DNA from: a virus
Length of the DNA: 64,000 bases
Direction: 5' to 3' (one strand)
Virus record (IMG/VR): IMGVR_UViG_3300045988_078625
Shown here in pieces: positions 13,704-23,703 of the stretch (the stretch's first letter is position 1; each line of letters begins with the position of its first letter). The notes beneath the pieces are model-generated. The model saw only the letters and a list, made by a program, of their open reading frames with translations. It searched no databases and had not been told where the DNA came from. The position numbers and the translations under genes were made by a program.

Positions 13704-14429
13704 TCAATTGTTTCCATCCTCTCTAAGTAAATTAATTCCTATCTTTTTGTATTCCATCCAATTCTTTATTCTCTCAGGTAAGCTATCTCCAAGCTCTTTT
13801 GGGATCTTATCTATATCTACATTTATACAGTCTTGAGATTGCTTAATTTGGTCTCTCCTTTCAGTTAGTTTCTCATTAACTACAGCCATGATTCTATTCT
13901 CATTAACTACTACGAATCCTAGTTTGTAAAATGGAACCATACATTCACTAGCTATAGTATAGAATACAATATCACCAGGCTTTAAGAACTCACACTTGTG
14001 GCCTACCTCTACTACAGTACCTACCTTGATAAACTGTTGTTCTTCCTCAATTTCTCCAGTCTCGTTAGACTTGTATGTTGGAGCAAACCCTCCTAAGTCT
14101 GTAATTAATCCTGATTTAGTAGTCTTAATTTTTTGGAATGGGTTCTGTTCAAACGGCTTGATAAGAGCATACCCATACATAGGCATAATCTCTACACCAT
14201 TCATATCTTCTGATAATGAATTAGCATAATCCTCTAAAGCTTTATTATGTTTTGAGAATTTATCTTTTATTTCATCTACCGCTGTATTAAATCTTTCTTG
14301 TTTCTCTCTAAGTAATGTCTTATCTGCAGCTTCACCATTTAAAATAAAGTGTTCTCCTGTTCCTTCCATTCCGGTCAAAGATAAGGCTAGTTTCTCGTTA
14401 CTGTTTAATTCTGTTCTTAAATTTTCCAT
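13704..14429 (-). CDS. Protein with an N-terminal coiled coil and a C-terminal GroES/Cpn10-like domain, possibly a co-chaperonin
   Basis: Complete standard-code ORF ending in TGA. The C-terminal segment GLITDLGG...VGTVVEVGH...KPGDIVFY...NENRIMAVV resembles the GroES fold. Confidence 0.5.
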   Translation of the reverse strand: MENLRTELNSNEKLALSLTGMEGTGEHFILNGEAADKTLLREKQERFNTAVDEIKDKFSKHNKALEDYANSLSEDMNGVEIMPMYGYALIKPFEQNPFQKIKTTKSGLITDLGGFAPTYKSNETGEIEEEQQFIKVGTVVEVGHKCEFLKPGDIVFYTIASECMVPFYKLGFVVVNENRIMAVVNEKLTERRDQIKQSQDCINVDIDKIPKELGDSLPERIKNWMEYKKIGINLLREDGNN

Positions 14430-14437
14430 AATTCATT

Positions 14438-14755
14438 TTACCATTTACATAAATCACAATGTTCATCTTCTATTCTAGTTTTATTCTCTAATATACAACC
14501 ACATTCCTCACATACTTCTCCAACAGAAGTATATAACTTGTGAGGACAAGTATTACAAATCTTTAATCTCTTGGTTGCTAAATCTTGATTTATTCCGAAT
14601 ATATTAAAATATATACTCTTTAATATTGTTAGAGGCTTAGTAAATATTGCCTTAATCCATTTTTCTGTCATATCTTCTCTACTTTCTTCTTTTGTTTCCT
14701 GATAAGTAAGTACATAAGCCTTATCGGGTCTATACAGCACGGGAGTTCCGTACAT
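14438..14755 (-). CDS. Zinc-finger protein
   Basis: Part of ORF 14438..14821, with the start moved to an internal Met that overlaps the upstream stop. Contains CNTCPHK...CEECGC. Confidence 0.4.
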   Translation of the reverse strand: MYGTPVLYRPDKAYVLTYQETKEESREDMTEKWIKAIFTKPLTILKSIYFNIFGINQDLATKRLKICNTCPHKLYTSVGEVCEECGCILENKTRIEDEHCDLCKW

Positions 14756-14970
14756 TACCATTTCCCTGCAGGACAATGTTTTTTCTCGTTTGGAATCTTC
14801 TTCTCTAGTAGACATCCGCATCCTTTTATATAACCTTCTTTTGGTCCTATACTTATATCATTATTTTTTGGATTTAGATATAAATTTCCATTACATAATC
14901 CATTATCTTGGTCGCATATAGGACATCGTCTACATATTTTCCACCGTTCTTCAATTTCTTCTAATGTCAT
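14755..14970 (-). CDS. Small zinc-ribbon protein
   Basis: Contains CRRCPICD...CNGN...CGC...HCPAGKW. Confidence 0.45.
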   Translation of the reverse strand: MTLEEIEERWKICRRCPICDQDNGLCNGNLYLNPKNNDISIGPKEGYIKGCGCLLEKKIPNEKKHCPAGKW

Positions 14971-14972
14971 AA

Positions 14973-15887
14973 TTAATATTCAATACGTTGACGTTTTCTT
15001 TTGTTTTCAGCTAGTACAGATTCTTTTTTATAAAACAATAGCATTCTAATTACTTCATCTTTTAGGTAAGGTAGATGATATACTGTCATATTATCACTAT
15101 GATCAAAGTGAACTAATACTAAATCTTCAATCTCAAACTCCGGATTCTTTTTTTGTATCATCCAGGCGTAAGTACTTAATTGAAGTGCATAATGCCAATA
15201 ATTAACATCATCTAAATTATTTAGAGGATATTTCATCTTAACTGATGATTTGGTTTTAGAATTAAAGAAACTCTTGGTTTCTATCTTCTTATTAGTTTTC
15301 CAGTCTCCTATAATTATCTTATTACCTCTTTTAACTAGTAGGTCGATTTGTCCAGCTATTCTAAGTTTTCCATCTTCCGATACTCTAGATATTAAATACT
15401 CAGGATATACCCCATTCTCTAAATCTAATTCATTATGGTCTTTTACACACTCAAACTTACCACCTATTTGATATTTACTAAGGTCTATGTTCTTCTTCTT
15501 TTTGTAAAAAGAGTTTTCTAAATCTGCATGAATCTTAGTTCCTCTTTCGCAAGAGTTCCTATTCTCTAAATCCCACGCATCTAAGATAGCTTGTTGTTCC
15601 TTATTAAACTCGTCTTCTGTAATGTTATGAAGCTCAAGTAGAACTTTGTCAAATTTCTTAGTATTCAGTAATGACTTTTTCTCAATAGCCCAATCTTCTT
15701 TAGACAGAAGTTTCTCTAATGCTTTATAGGCTGACCAGAACTCTTTGTCAAAGGGTTGGGTGAAAGAATGTATTAAAGTCGTCACAGATATAAATTTCTG
15801 TTCAGGCTCTGTAACATCATAATAAATATGAGCCTCCTCCTCGAAAGCTATGTTCCCATTTTGTTTTGTAATTTTACTTTTGTCCAT
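14973..15887 (-). CDS. Nuclease of the PD-(D/E)xK superfamily
   Basis: Contains GQIDLLVKRGNKIIIGDWKTN, which fits the D...D/ExK motif. Confidence 0.45.
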   Translation of the reverse strand: MDKSKITKQNGNIAFEEEAHIYYDVTEPEQKFISVTTLIHSFTQPFDKEFWSAYKALEKLLSKEDWAIEKKSLLNTKKFDKVLLELHNITEDEFNKEQQAILDAWDLENRNSCERGTKIHADLENSFYKKKKNIDLSKYQIGGKFECVKDHNELDLENGVYPEYLISRVSEDGKLRIAGQIDLLVKRGNKIIIGDWKTNKKIETKSFFNSKTKSSVKMKYPLNNLDDVNYWHYALQLSTYAWMIQKKNPEFEIEDLVLVHFDHSDNMTVYHLPYLKDEVIRMLLFYKKESVLAENKRKRQRIEY

Positions 15888-16002
15888 TAGTCATAATTCA
15901 TTTAATCATTTATCACATTTATCTATATTTATTTGATACTTTTCAAGTATATTAATATTCTTTGTAAGACACAAATCAATAAATAATACATTATATTAAA
16001 AA

Positions 16003-16344
16003 TGTCTAACAGTAGAAAAATTACAACATTTGGATGTCCTATTTTCAAGAATGGATCAGGCATTCATATTAAGAAAGAGAACAGAGGCAAATTTACAGCC
16101 TCGGCTAAAGCTGCAGGAGAATCAGTACAAGAACACGCTACAAAGGTATTAAATAATCCTAAAGCTACTCCGCTTTAGAAGAAGCGAGCTAATTTTGCTA
16201 GAAATGCTTCTAAATGGAAACACGAAGACGGAGCTAAGATACATAAACCAGGAGGGCATAGGTCTATATTAGATAATGGATGGATTCCTACTACTAGATT
16301 AAAGAAAGGAAATTATGGATTTATTAAAACTAAGAAACGATGAA
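16003..16344 (+). CDS. Candidate Lys-rich basic protein of 113 aa with a single in-frame TAG at 16177-16179
   Basis: Runs from the ATG at 16003 to a TGA at 16342-16344 with one TAG in between. Each half is under 60 aa, so it is missing from the ORF track. It lies between two minus-strand gene blocks. Confidence 0.3.
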
Positions 16345-16612
16345 AAACATTATTAAGTGCATTAAAGAGATTGTATTGAGAATATATCTGTATTTACTAT
16401 TTATATTTAAAAAGTAACATGGACTATAACAAAGCAACTTTACATGCAGCTACTGGTCGTACTCTACTACTTCCAGGCTGGAAGGGATATTTTTATTGGG
16501 ATTATAATAAATAGGAATTGAACTTTAGAAATGGGGATTATCACTTGGATAATAAATAGCTCCGAGAAAAAGGAGTTATGGAGAGAACTGATTGGTATTA
16601 TATCATATAACA

Positions 16613-16650
16613 AAATAGGCGAGCCTAGAGATTAGGTTCGCCTATTTTTA
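16613..16650. terminator. Bidirectional intrinsic terminator
   Basis: The hairpin is AATAGGCGAGCC...GGTTCGCCTATT. It is followed by a T-run on the plus strand and by an A/T-rich tract in the minus orientation, and sits directly 3' of the minus-strand gene 16648..16863. Confidence 0.5.
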
Positions 16651-16863
16651 TTTAATTTTTGCATTATAAGTACAAGTGATTCTATTTATATCATCCCACC
16701 AAGGTTTATCCGATGGTTGTCTAATATTACTTGGAATATTTATTGTAGAAGTATAAGTTTCTACTATAGCATCTAGTATTTTGAATAATGTATCCAAATC
16801 AAATTCTGGAAATTCATCATGTAAATTTGTTAATGTCTTTTTAAAGTCTATCATATCCTTCAA
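16648..16863 (-). CDS. Hypothetical small protein
   Basis: ORF in the track, standard code. Confidence 0.4.
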   Translation of the reverse strand: MKDMIDFKKTLTNLHDEFPEFDLDTLFKILDAIVETYTSTINIPSNIRQPSDKPWWDDINRITCTYNAKIK

Positions 16864-17080
16864 ATGTATTATTAATTATAGCTTTTTCTATTGTGGTATC
16901 TTTATATAGTCCGTTCTTGATTATATTTCTAACGGAGTTATCAACTACATTCCATATATCAATTAGTAAGGATTTATTTTCCGGAAGGCTTTTTAAAATG
17001 CTTTCCAAATAACTAGCCTTTACCATATTTAATAATTGTCCATTAATTAGGACTTCAAACTTAAATTCCCTATCCCACAT
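16841..17080 (-). CDS. Hypothetical small protein
   Basis: ORF in the track. Confidence 0.4.
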   Translation of the reverse strand: MWDREFKFEVLINGQLLNMVKASYLESILKSLPENKSLLIDIWNVVDNSVRNIIKNGLYKDTTIEKAIINNTFEGYDRL

Positions 17081-17245
17081 ATTTAATGTGTTACACTTAA
17101 TTCATTTAGTCTATCTAAGTAATCCAGAAACCATTGTTCATTTTGTCTTCCATTTTCCTCAATATCTTCAATAATGGTTTCAATAAGCACTAGTGTTACT
17201 TTTGCTAAAGATTCTACTTTTGGATTAGTAAGTTCGTTATATCTC

Positions 17246-17560
17246 TCAATCAACTCTTTCATAATCCCTCCAGTCTTTGTTATACTTTTTAATATGTTCT
17301 AGGTCTGGATAGATACTTACTATACTCCATCCCGTTTTTGGGTTTATAAAACGGTAAAGTTTTGATTCTTCTATTTTCTCCTCTTCTGGATTTCTATTTA
17401 ATGTTCTATTCCAGTAGCTGTATTTTTCATCTAACATATCCATATCACATTCCTCTAATATTTTCATATTAGGGTTATTCTTTATTTTATCATATTTCCT
17501 TTTTAAGTTGGAAACCTTGATAACATCATTACCATTCAATACAACTGCGCATTGCTTCAT
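17246..17560 (-). CDS. Hypothetical protein
   Basis: ORF in the track. Confidence 0.4.
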   Translation of the reverse strand: MKQCAVVLNGNDVIKVSNLKRKYDKIKNNPNMKILEECDMDMLDEKYSYWNRTLNRNPEEEKIEESKLYRFINPKTGWSIVSIYPDLEHIKKYNKDWRDYERVD

Positions 17561-17784
17561 TTTACTACTTTATAAGTACATATTTTACCTATCTGCTTTC
17601 CTTGAACTGTTATTTGTGGAAGAAAGTAGCAGGCCTGATTCTCAAATTCTTGAGGTATAAATATGTAATCGAACCTACATCCAACTACCTTATCACAAAC
17701 TTTATTCCAATCATCTCCCTCTTCAATAATGAGGGTTTTAGCTCCAGTTGGAGTTACTGCATAATTCTCATTTAATTTTATCAT
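17557..17784 (-). CDS. Hypothetical protein, with the start trimmed to an internal Met so it does not overlap the suppressor tRNA
   Basis: ORF 17557..17859 would overlap the tRNA at 17802..17873. The internal start reads MIKLNENY. Confidence 0.35.
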   Translation of the reverse strand: MIKLNENYAVTPTGAKTLIIEEGDDWNKVCDKVVGCRFDYIFIPQEFENQACYFLPQITVQGKQIGKICTYKVVK

Positions 17785-17801
17785 AGCTATTAATTTTGGA
17801 G

Positions 17802-17873
17802 TTGCCCTACTAGGATTCGAACCCAGACTAAATGATTTAGAGTCATCTGTGCTGACCATTACACCATAGGGCA
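17802..17873 (-). tRNA. Amber-suppressor tRNA with anticodon CUA, derived from a Gln tRNA
   Basis: Acceptor stem TGCCCTA/TAGGGCA, D-arm GTGT-AATGGTCA-GCAC, anticodon stem GATGA/TCATT with loop CTCTAAA, T-arm CTGGG-TTCGAAT-CCTAG. The overall architecture is almost identical to tRNA-Gln(TTG) at 33537. Confidence 0.75.
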
Positions 17874-18841
17874 GTATTTATTTCTCCTTTAGAGATTTGT
17901 TTTCTTCTGTTAGTCTCTCTAGTTCTTTCTTTAGCTATTCATTTTCTTGGAATAATGCTTGCATAGTAGTATTCAAGTTAGCAAGAAGTATTCTTATTTG
18001 AGCTATTTGTTCATACATTTAGCAATGATTTTAAATATTCAATTTGTTGATTAACTAATTTTGATAGAGCTTCTCTAAACTTAGCAATCCCACTTCTTAC
18101 TGTTTCTAATTTACCACTCTCTAAACATGCTTGTATTCTATGAATATTATCTTCTCCCAAATATTCACATACTCCTACAAATAAATCATCATCTAAAGAT
18201 TCTAGATATTTTTGGAATGTATCTGCTTCCTTGTTCGCTAAACAACTTTCTTCTTCCTATCTATCATAGGATATTAATAAGAATAGAGAATCATCAGTAG
18301 ACTCTGATTTAATGGTGAGTCCTTTTTTTGAACAATAAAACTCTTGATTCTAATTAATTGCTTTAACGAGTTCTTTAAACTCATCCTAATTTAACAAAGT
18401 TTCTAAGTCTGTAATCATAATTGTTTTCTTTTTAGTTATATACAACAATAAGCTCTCAAAAGTTAAACGCAAAGTTAAAAAATTCTAATTCCAATATTAT
18501 ACATATTTCATTTAGTTACTGGCAAACAAGTACCGGTACTTTATATAAATAGCCCCCTGGGGTTAAAATAAAGTCCGGATTTTTATAGAGAAGGTGCTGA
18601 CCTATATTCCGAAAATTATAAGAGTGAGTGTAGTTACGGTCCACAACCCCCTTAGTCCCCCCCTGTATATTGATATAAAACTAAAAATAAAATAACTATG
18701 TACGAAGAAGATTTATTAAACGAGTATGATTACACATTGGCGGAAGTTTTAAGAGAAGTAAGTTATTACAACTTTTACGATAATTCAGCTTTAGTGTGTT
18801 AAAAAACAAAAAACAAGTATAAACCTTTAAATTTTACAGTT

Positions 18842-19291
18842 ATGAACTTAGAAGAATTGAAAAATCAGAATGTGAGTATAGAAGAACGCGCGAAAAGCGT
18901 AGTAAAAGACTTAGGCTTGAATGGTGATGAACGTTCGGTTGTGATTGGCTTGAAAAAGGGGGACAAATTCTCCCTTGCTGCCATGAACAAAGTAGAATTA
19001 ACTACACAAACTCAGCAAAGAGAAGGACAAGCCCGTTTTATTCCTATTACTTTCACAACTGATAACGGTGCATCTATCGGCGCAAAACACTTTGCAGGTG
19101 TGGAAATCGACGAAAACGCTCCGGCTGTTGGTAGCACACCGTTGGAAAATGCAAATTTCCTTGTTTGGTGTATAGACCACAAAGTAGTATTTTCAATCAA
19201 AAGTATCAGCACAGAGGACATTCCGAAGTCGGATACAACTCCGGCTTACGTAAAGAAAACTTACAAACTTGAGGTTGAGGATTACGAGTAA
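18842..19291 (+). CDS. Hypothetical early protein encoded in a local patch of higher GC
   Basis: ORF in the track. It is the first plus-strand gene after the divergent region. Confidence 0.5.
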   Translation: MNLEELKNQNVSIEERAKSVVKDLGLNGDERSVVIGLKKGDKFSLAAMNKVELTTQTQQREGQARFIPITFTTDNGASIGAKHFAGVEIDENAPAVGSTPLENANFLVWCIDHKVVFSIKSISTEDIPKSDTTPAYVKKTYKLEVEDYE

Positions 19292-19297
19292 AAGATT

Positions 19298-19319
19298 GGG
19301 GAGAAATCCCCTTTCTTTT
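19298..19319 (+). terminator. Intrinsic terminator
   Basis: Hairpin GGGGA-GAAA-TCCCC followed by TTTCTTTT. Confidence 0.55.
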
Positions 19320-19342
19320 AAATACAAATAGTCTTTGTAGTT

Positions 19343-19543
19343 ATGAACACAAGAGAAAAGTTCAAAACTAAAAAATGTTTGTATCACTGGGGAGCCGTCT
19401 ACGACCCAGAGACAGATGAAAAGTTAAATTTCAAAGCCGATAGAGTTTATTGCAAAACCTCTTGGGCTTGGATTATGACTTATCAAAAGTCAGAAGAAGA
19501 TATTCCGAAGATAGTAAGAATAGTCTTTATAGATGAACCCTAA
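19343..19543 (+). CDS. Hypothetical small protein
   Basis: ORF in the track. Confidence 0.4.
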   Translation: MNTREKFKTKKCLYHWGAVYDPETDEKLNFKADRVYCKTSWAWIMTYQKSEEDIPKIVRIVFIDEP

Positions 19544-20265
19544 GGTATTATGGGTTTCAAAATAAAATACCCACATGAACTCCATCATCGGACCATTGGT
19601 TAACGGAGAAAACAACAAAACAAAACAAAAACTTCAAAATCAATTCGTCGTAGTTATTTTATTTTAGTATTATATTAAGTAATGTGGTTCTAATGTAGAT
19701 TGGGACTATTGTTGCACGTGAAAATATGGTAAGGGTTGAGAGAAATTGTCCACTAAAAAGACAGCCGATTTTCCGACTTTTTCCAGTTTTCAAAAAATCG
19801 CCAGTAGGATGAGTTTTATAACACATACTACAATGATTATTTACTCTAACATTTGCCTATAAAAAGGTAACAAAAAGCGGGTTACGCAGAAGAACCCAAT
19901 ATCCGAAAATAACTGCTACGATTGTAATGTGTATATTCGCAAACTTGAACACTATTACAAGAGGATTGAGCCATATGAATGGTCACTTATGGCAATATTA
20001 CAAAGTACCACTGATATGCTGGTAGACCAAAGTATATCACCTATAAGTATTCGTATGTAATATTGGAAGTTGCCTGAAGTAAGCCATCAGATAGATATAG
20101 GCTAGATAGTAAGAGAGACGCTCATAAGGCGTCATTTTCCATCTCGAATCTATTCGCAAGTTTTGAGATTAGCTACCTCAGAATTTAGTGAACGTTGATA
20201 ACGTTGTATGTCTGGAAAACATACTAAATAATCTCCTATCTTATACTAGTTGTCAAGATAGGATT

Positions 20266-20336
20266 TCCCCATTAGTATAATGCTATTGCGCCTTCCTCTA
20301 AAGAAGGAGATTCTGGTTCGAGTCCAGAATGGGGAA
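20266..20336 (+). tRNA. Amber-suppressor tRNA with anticodon CUA
   Basis: Acceptor stem TCCCCAT/ATGGGGA, anticodon stem CCTTC/GAAGG with loop CTCTAAA, T-arm TCTGG-TTCGAGT-CCAGA. The D-stem is short at 3 bp. Confidence 0.65.
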
Positions 20337-20624
20337 CTTGGTATTTGAGGACTACAACTACTTGTAGACTCTGTTGCAGTTAAAGATTATAATGGGTACG
20401 CCCTGAGACTAATGCAGAGCATCTCTTATGAATAGAGGTGTCTTATCGTGAGATAAGGCAAAGTATTGTGAGATTGTACTAACAATCGAAGACAATCTTA
20501 AATGATTGTAGGCACAGGATAATTCATCTTCTTTTATCGTACATAGTGGTGCAGGTTGTTGAGAAACAATTGTGCATACTGGGAGACTTAGGTCTCCTAC
20601 TCCCAAGATAAGAACAACCGTTAC

Positions 20625-20849
20625 GTGGTTTGGGAGATAAGTAAGCTTACTAAAGCTGAAACTAATAGTTCAAAAACAATTAAAAGAAAAATTACCATGG
20701 AAGAAAGACTGAAACGTATTGAAAAGTTCACAAAAGCAATGAGAGAATTACTAGCTAAAATGTTAGAAGAAGACCCAGATTCAAGTAGCAATATCTACAA
20801 AGAAATATGGGGAGCTTATACTGCTGGGATGAACTCCTTGCTCGAGTAG
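20625..20849 (+). CDS. Hypothetical small protein
   Basis: ORF in the track, inside the ORF-poor region. Confidence 0.35.
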   Translation: MVWEISKLTKAETNSSKTIKRKITMEERLKRIEKFTKAMRELLAKMLEEDPDSSSNIYKEIWGAYTAGMNSLLE

Positions 20850-21017
20850 CAACAATTCCAAGCTTGGTGAATTAAAACTAGCTAACCTAATTACTCTTTA
20901 TAAGGTTGAGAATGTAAAAAGAGAATTGGAATGGTAAGCCCATCTCCCTTCGTCCTTTGCTGGTTTAGAAGTGAAACAGAAACCAGCACTTTTTAGTAAC
21001 TTATAAACTTTTATAAT

Positions 21018-21509
21018 ATGAATACATTAGCATTAGATCATGTAAACAAGCGCGCAGAATTCGTAATGTCGTTTACTATTCCTTTCAAAGCAGTTGAAGA
21101 TCCAACGTCGCAGGCCAAGTGCTACAGTCCGCATGAAGTAATTATGGCATGGCAAGAGGTATGCATCAAAGCATTACGAATGAGAATCGATGCTTGTATG
21201 GAAATGTTGTTCCGCAACAAGGACAGAGTGATAGGCTCGGACGAACGTGGCGTTTTGTTTAAGAAGAAGAATGGAAATATTCACCACTTTTCTCATGCTA
21301 GCTGTTTTGCTATGGAGGCTTTCATAGAGATATTGGAAGAAGCAGAGAGTGCTGGGGACATAACTTTCGATGCTCTTCAAATACAGCAACTGATGAAGGC
21401 TTTGTACTGGATTCCAGATGAACTGAAGAACGATCATCAGGGAATAGGTTTTGGAGAACTAATTGACTGCTTGCTCTGCATTTTTAGCAACTCTCTGATA
21501 AACGAGTAG
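21018..21509 (+). CDS. Hypothetical protein that ends with TAG
   Basis: ORF in the track. The stop is TAG at 21507-21509, followed by a palindromic hairpin at 21510-21530. Confidence 0.45.
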   Translation: MNTLALDHVNKRAEFVMSFTIPFKAVEDPTSQAKCYSPHEVIMAWQEVCIKALRMRIDACMEMLFRNKDRVIGSDERGVLFKKKNGNIHHFSHASCFAMEAFIEILEEAESAGDITFDALQIQQLMKALYWIPDELKNDHQGIGFGELIDCLLCIFSNSLINE

Positions 21510-21511
21510 GA

Positions 21512-21591
21512 ACTATCGTTACGATAGTTCTAATAGTTTCATCATTTAATTAGCATATGAAATATAAGATTGAATTTAACTATCGTTACGG
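21512..21591. repeat. Direct repeat of the 13-mer AACTATCGTTACG (copies at 21512 and 21579); the first copy is part of the perfect palindrome GAACTATCG-TTA-CGATAGTTC
   Basis: Seen directly in the sequence, immediately 3' of gene 21018..21509. Confidence 0.5.
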
Positions 21592-22825
21592 TAAAGACTA
21601 TGTATACTGTAATGAGTACCATGAAGATGAGCGGTTCATACAGCCACTTAACTCTAACGGCAAGCCTTTATGTACTATCGCAAAGACCAACATAATAGCT
21701 ATTAAAGAGTGTAAGTAACTAAACAGAAAGCCAGCGCTGTAAAGACTGGCAACCTGGTTTAGCTCTTCTGAGTAGTTGCAAATACTTAGAATCCCTACAT
21801 CACAAAACGGACATAATGTATGTAGTGCCAAAAGTTAAACGTTCCTGCTTCATGCGTTAAAGCAGGAGTCCACATGATTGTTTTAATTATATTAATCTTT
21901 AAGTTTTAAACAGCGTCCTACATTGTAGGTTTCGGTAAGGCTCCTCTGCCGAGTAATGCGTACAAGAGCTATGATAGACTCACAAAGAAAATGTATTTGC
22001 GAGTAAATAATGGTGAAATCACATTGCTTTAAGTAGTAATGTGGGGACCATTCCGCCCTATTTGCAATTATGAACTGCATAGTGACAGAGACCTAAGAGA
22101 GGGAAGCAAATGAGCGTTGTTATCGTAGCGAAAGCTGCGTTCCACCATTGTACGTAGGGGTGTGTGGGTAATCGGCTAAAGGAACGTTCTGTTATAGTAT
22201 GTTGCGAGTACTGTGGCACAAGGGATAGCATGGCGGCTCGGAAAGACGAGCTTTACTTGCTGGTAGGATAGTTTAAACCAGTAGTGCTGTATCTTTTCGG
22301 CGGTTTACTAGTAACGCACTTAAAAGTTTAAGGACAAACCGTACAGGAAACCAATTCCGATTTATAAGTTTGGTGACAACTTGAAAGAGAGTGACAGCCT
22401 GGAAAGACAGGCACTATATTCGTTACTAATAATATAGATCCAGTATCAAAGGGCCGTGGATTGATACATGTCGGATTAATATGACGGTTTACGCTACTCC
22501 CTGGGCAAGAATAGTATAACGAAGTCCTAAAAGATTGTGTATACTCTAAACTTTAGAGGATTGTGCTATACACTCTATAATCCGAAGTATTCGCACAGTA
22601 CAAACTTGGATAGACGAAGTACAAGTCTAGACCTAAAGTTCTAAGTTATCTTAAAGAAGAGGATTATAAGGACTTTAAAAAACTCAATAACTTCCCAAGA
22701 CATTGAGGGCACCAGTTCTTTCATTCTTTCGTGGGAATACTACATGATTACAGTAGTATATTAGCGAAAAGGTAATCGTAATTGAATGAAAGTTTAGGTG
22801 TAAAATGCAAAAAAAAATTTAGATT

Positions 22826-23623
22826 ATGGAAAACTTAACAAACTCAGCAATCAAATGTAAAACGGTTAGAATTTACCCTGAAGACGCAGAAAGACTTTAT
22901 GGGAAATCTAAAGGTAATAGAACTATTAATAGAAGTAGGGTAACTGAATACGCCAACCTGATGGCATCTGGAAAGTGGGAATTAAATGGAGAATCCATAA
23001 TACTGGATGAGAATGGAGACGTGTCTGACGGCCATCACAGACTGTTAGCGTGTATAAAAGCTAACACACCCTTTGATACTATTCTCATTACAGGTGTGCC
23101 GAGAAAAACATGGACTACAATAGACCAAGGCAAGAGTAGGTCTATGGGAGATGTATTTGGCATAGCTGGGGTAACAGATTCCTTAGTAAAGGCTGCAATT
23201 GTTGGCAAACACATGTTGCTAAAAGACCAATTAAAGTCATTGGACGAAGGGTCTTATAGTAAACTAAGGAAGAAACATACTCCGGAAGATTTACTGACAA
23301 TTTACCTTGACAACCGTCTTATATATGATTGTTGTTCATACATTGGTAGTACTGCCGTCAAGAATGGATTGAAAGGAGTATGTGGAGCATCTATTATAGG
23401 GGCTGTATCAGCCTTATTGATTATTTCTCTAGAGCATCCCGTCAAAACAGTTTCAACATTCTTTGAATTGCTAGCATCTTCTGGAAAACCGGTGTACAAG
23501 CAGGCTAGAAACATGATTGCTGCAACTAGCAGGAATGTAGAAAAGATTGAAGTAATCAATAAAGCATGGAACATGTATTGCAACAAAGAAGAAGATGTTA
23601 CTATAGTAGCCTTCTTTAGGTAA
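22826..23623 (+). CDS. Protein with a ParB-like nuclease domain
   Basis: Contains the hallmark DGHHRLLA motif of the ParB/sulfiredoxin fold. Confidence 0.5.
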   Translation: MENLTNSAIKCKTVRIYPEDAERLYGKSKGNRTINRSRVTEYANLMASGKWELNGESIILDENGDVSDGHHRLLACIKANTPFDTILITGVPRKTWTTIDQGKSRSMGDVFGIAGVTDSLVKAAIVGKHMLLKDQLKSLDEGSYSKLRKKHTPEDLLTIYLDNRLIYDCCSYIGSTAVKNGLKGVCGASIIGAVSALLIISLEHPVKTVSTFFELLASSGKPVYKQARNMIAATSRNVEKIEVINKAWNMYCNKEEDVTIVAFFR

Positions 23624-23703
23624 AATCCTCTGATGAGTCTTTGAAAATTAAGACGAAACTACCTAGAAATAGGTAGTCAGGATTAACATTAAGAAAATTT
23701 ACC

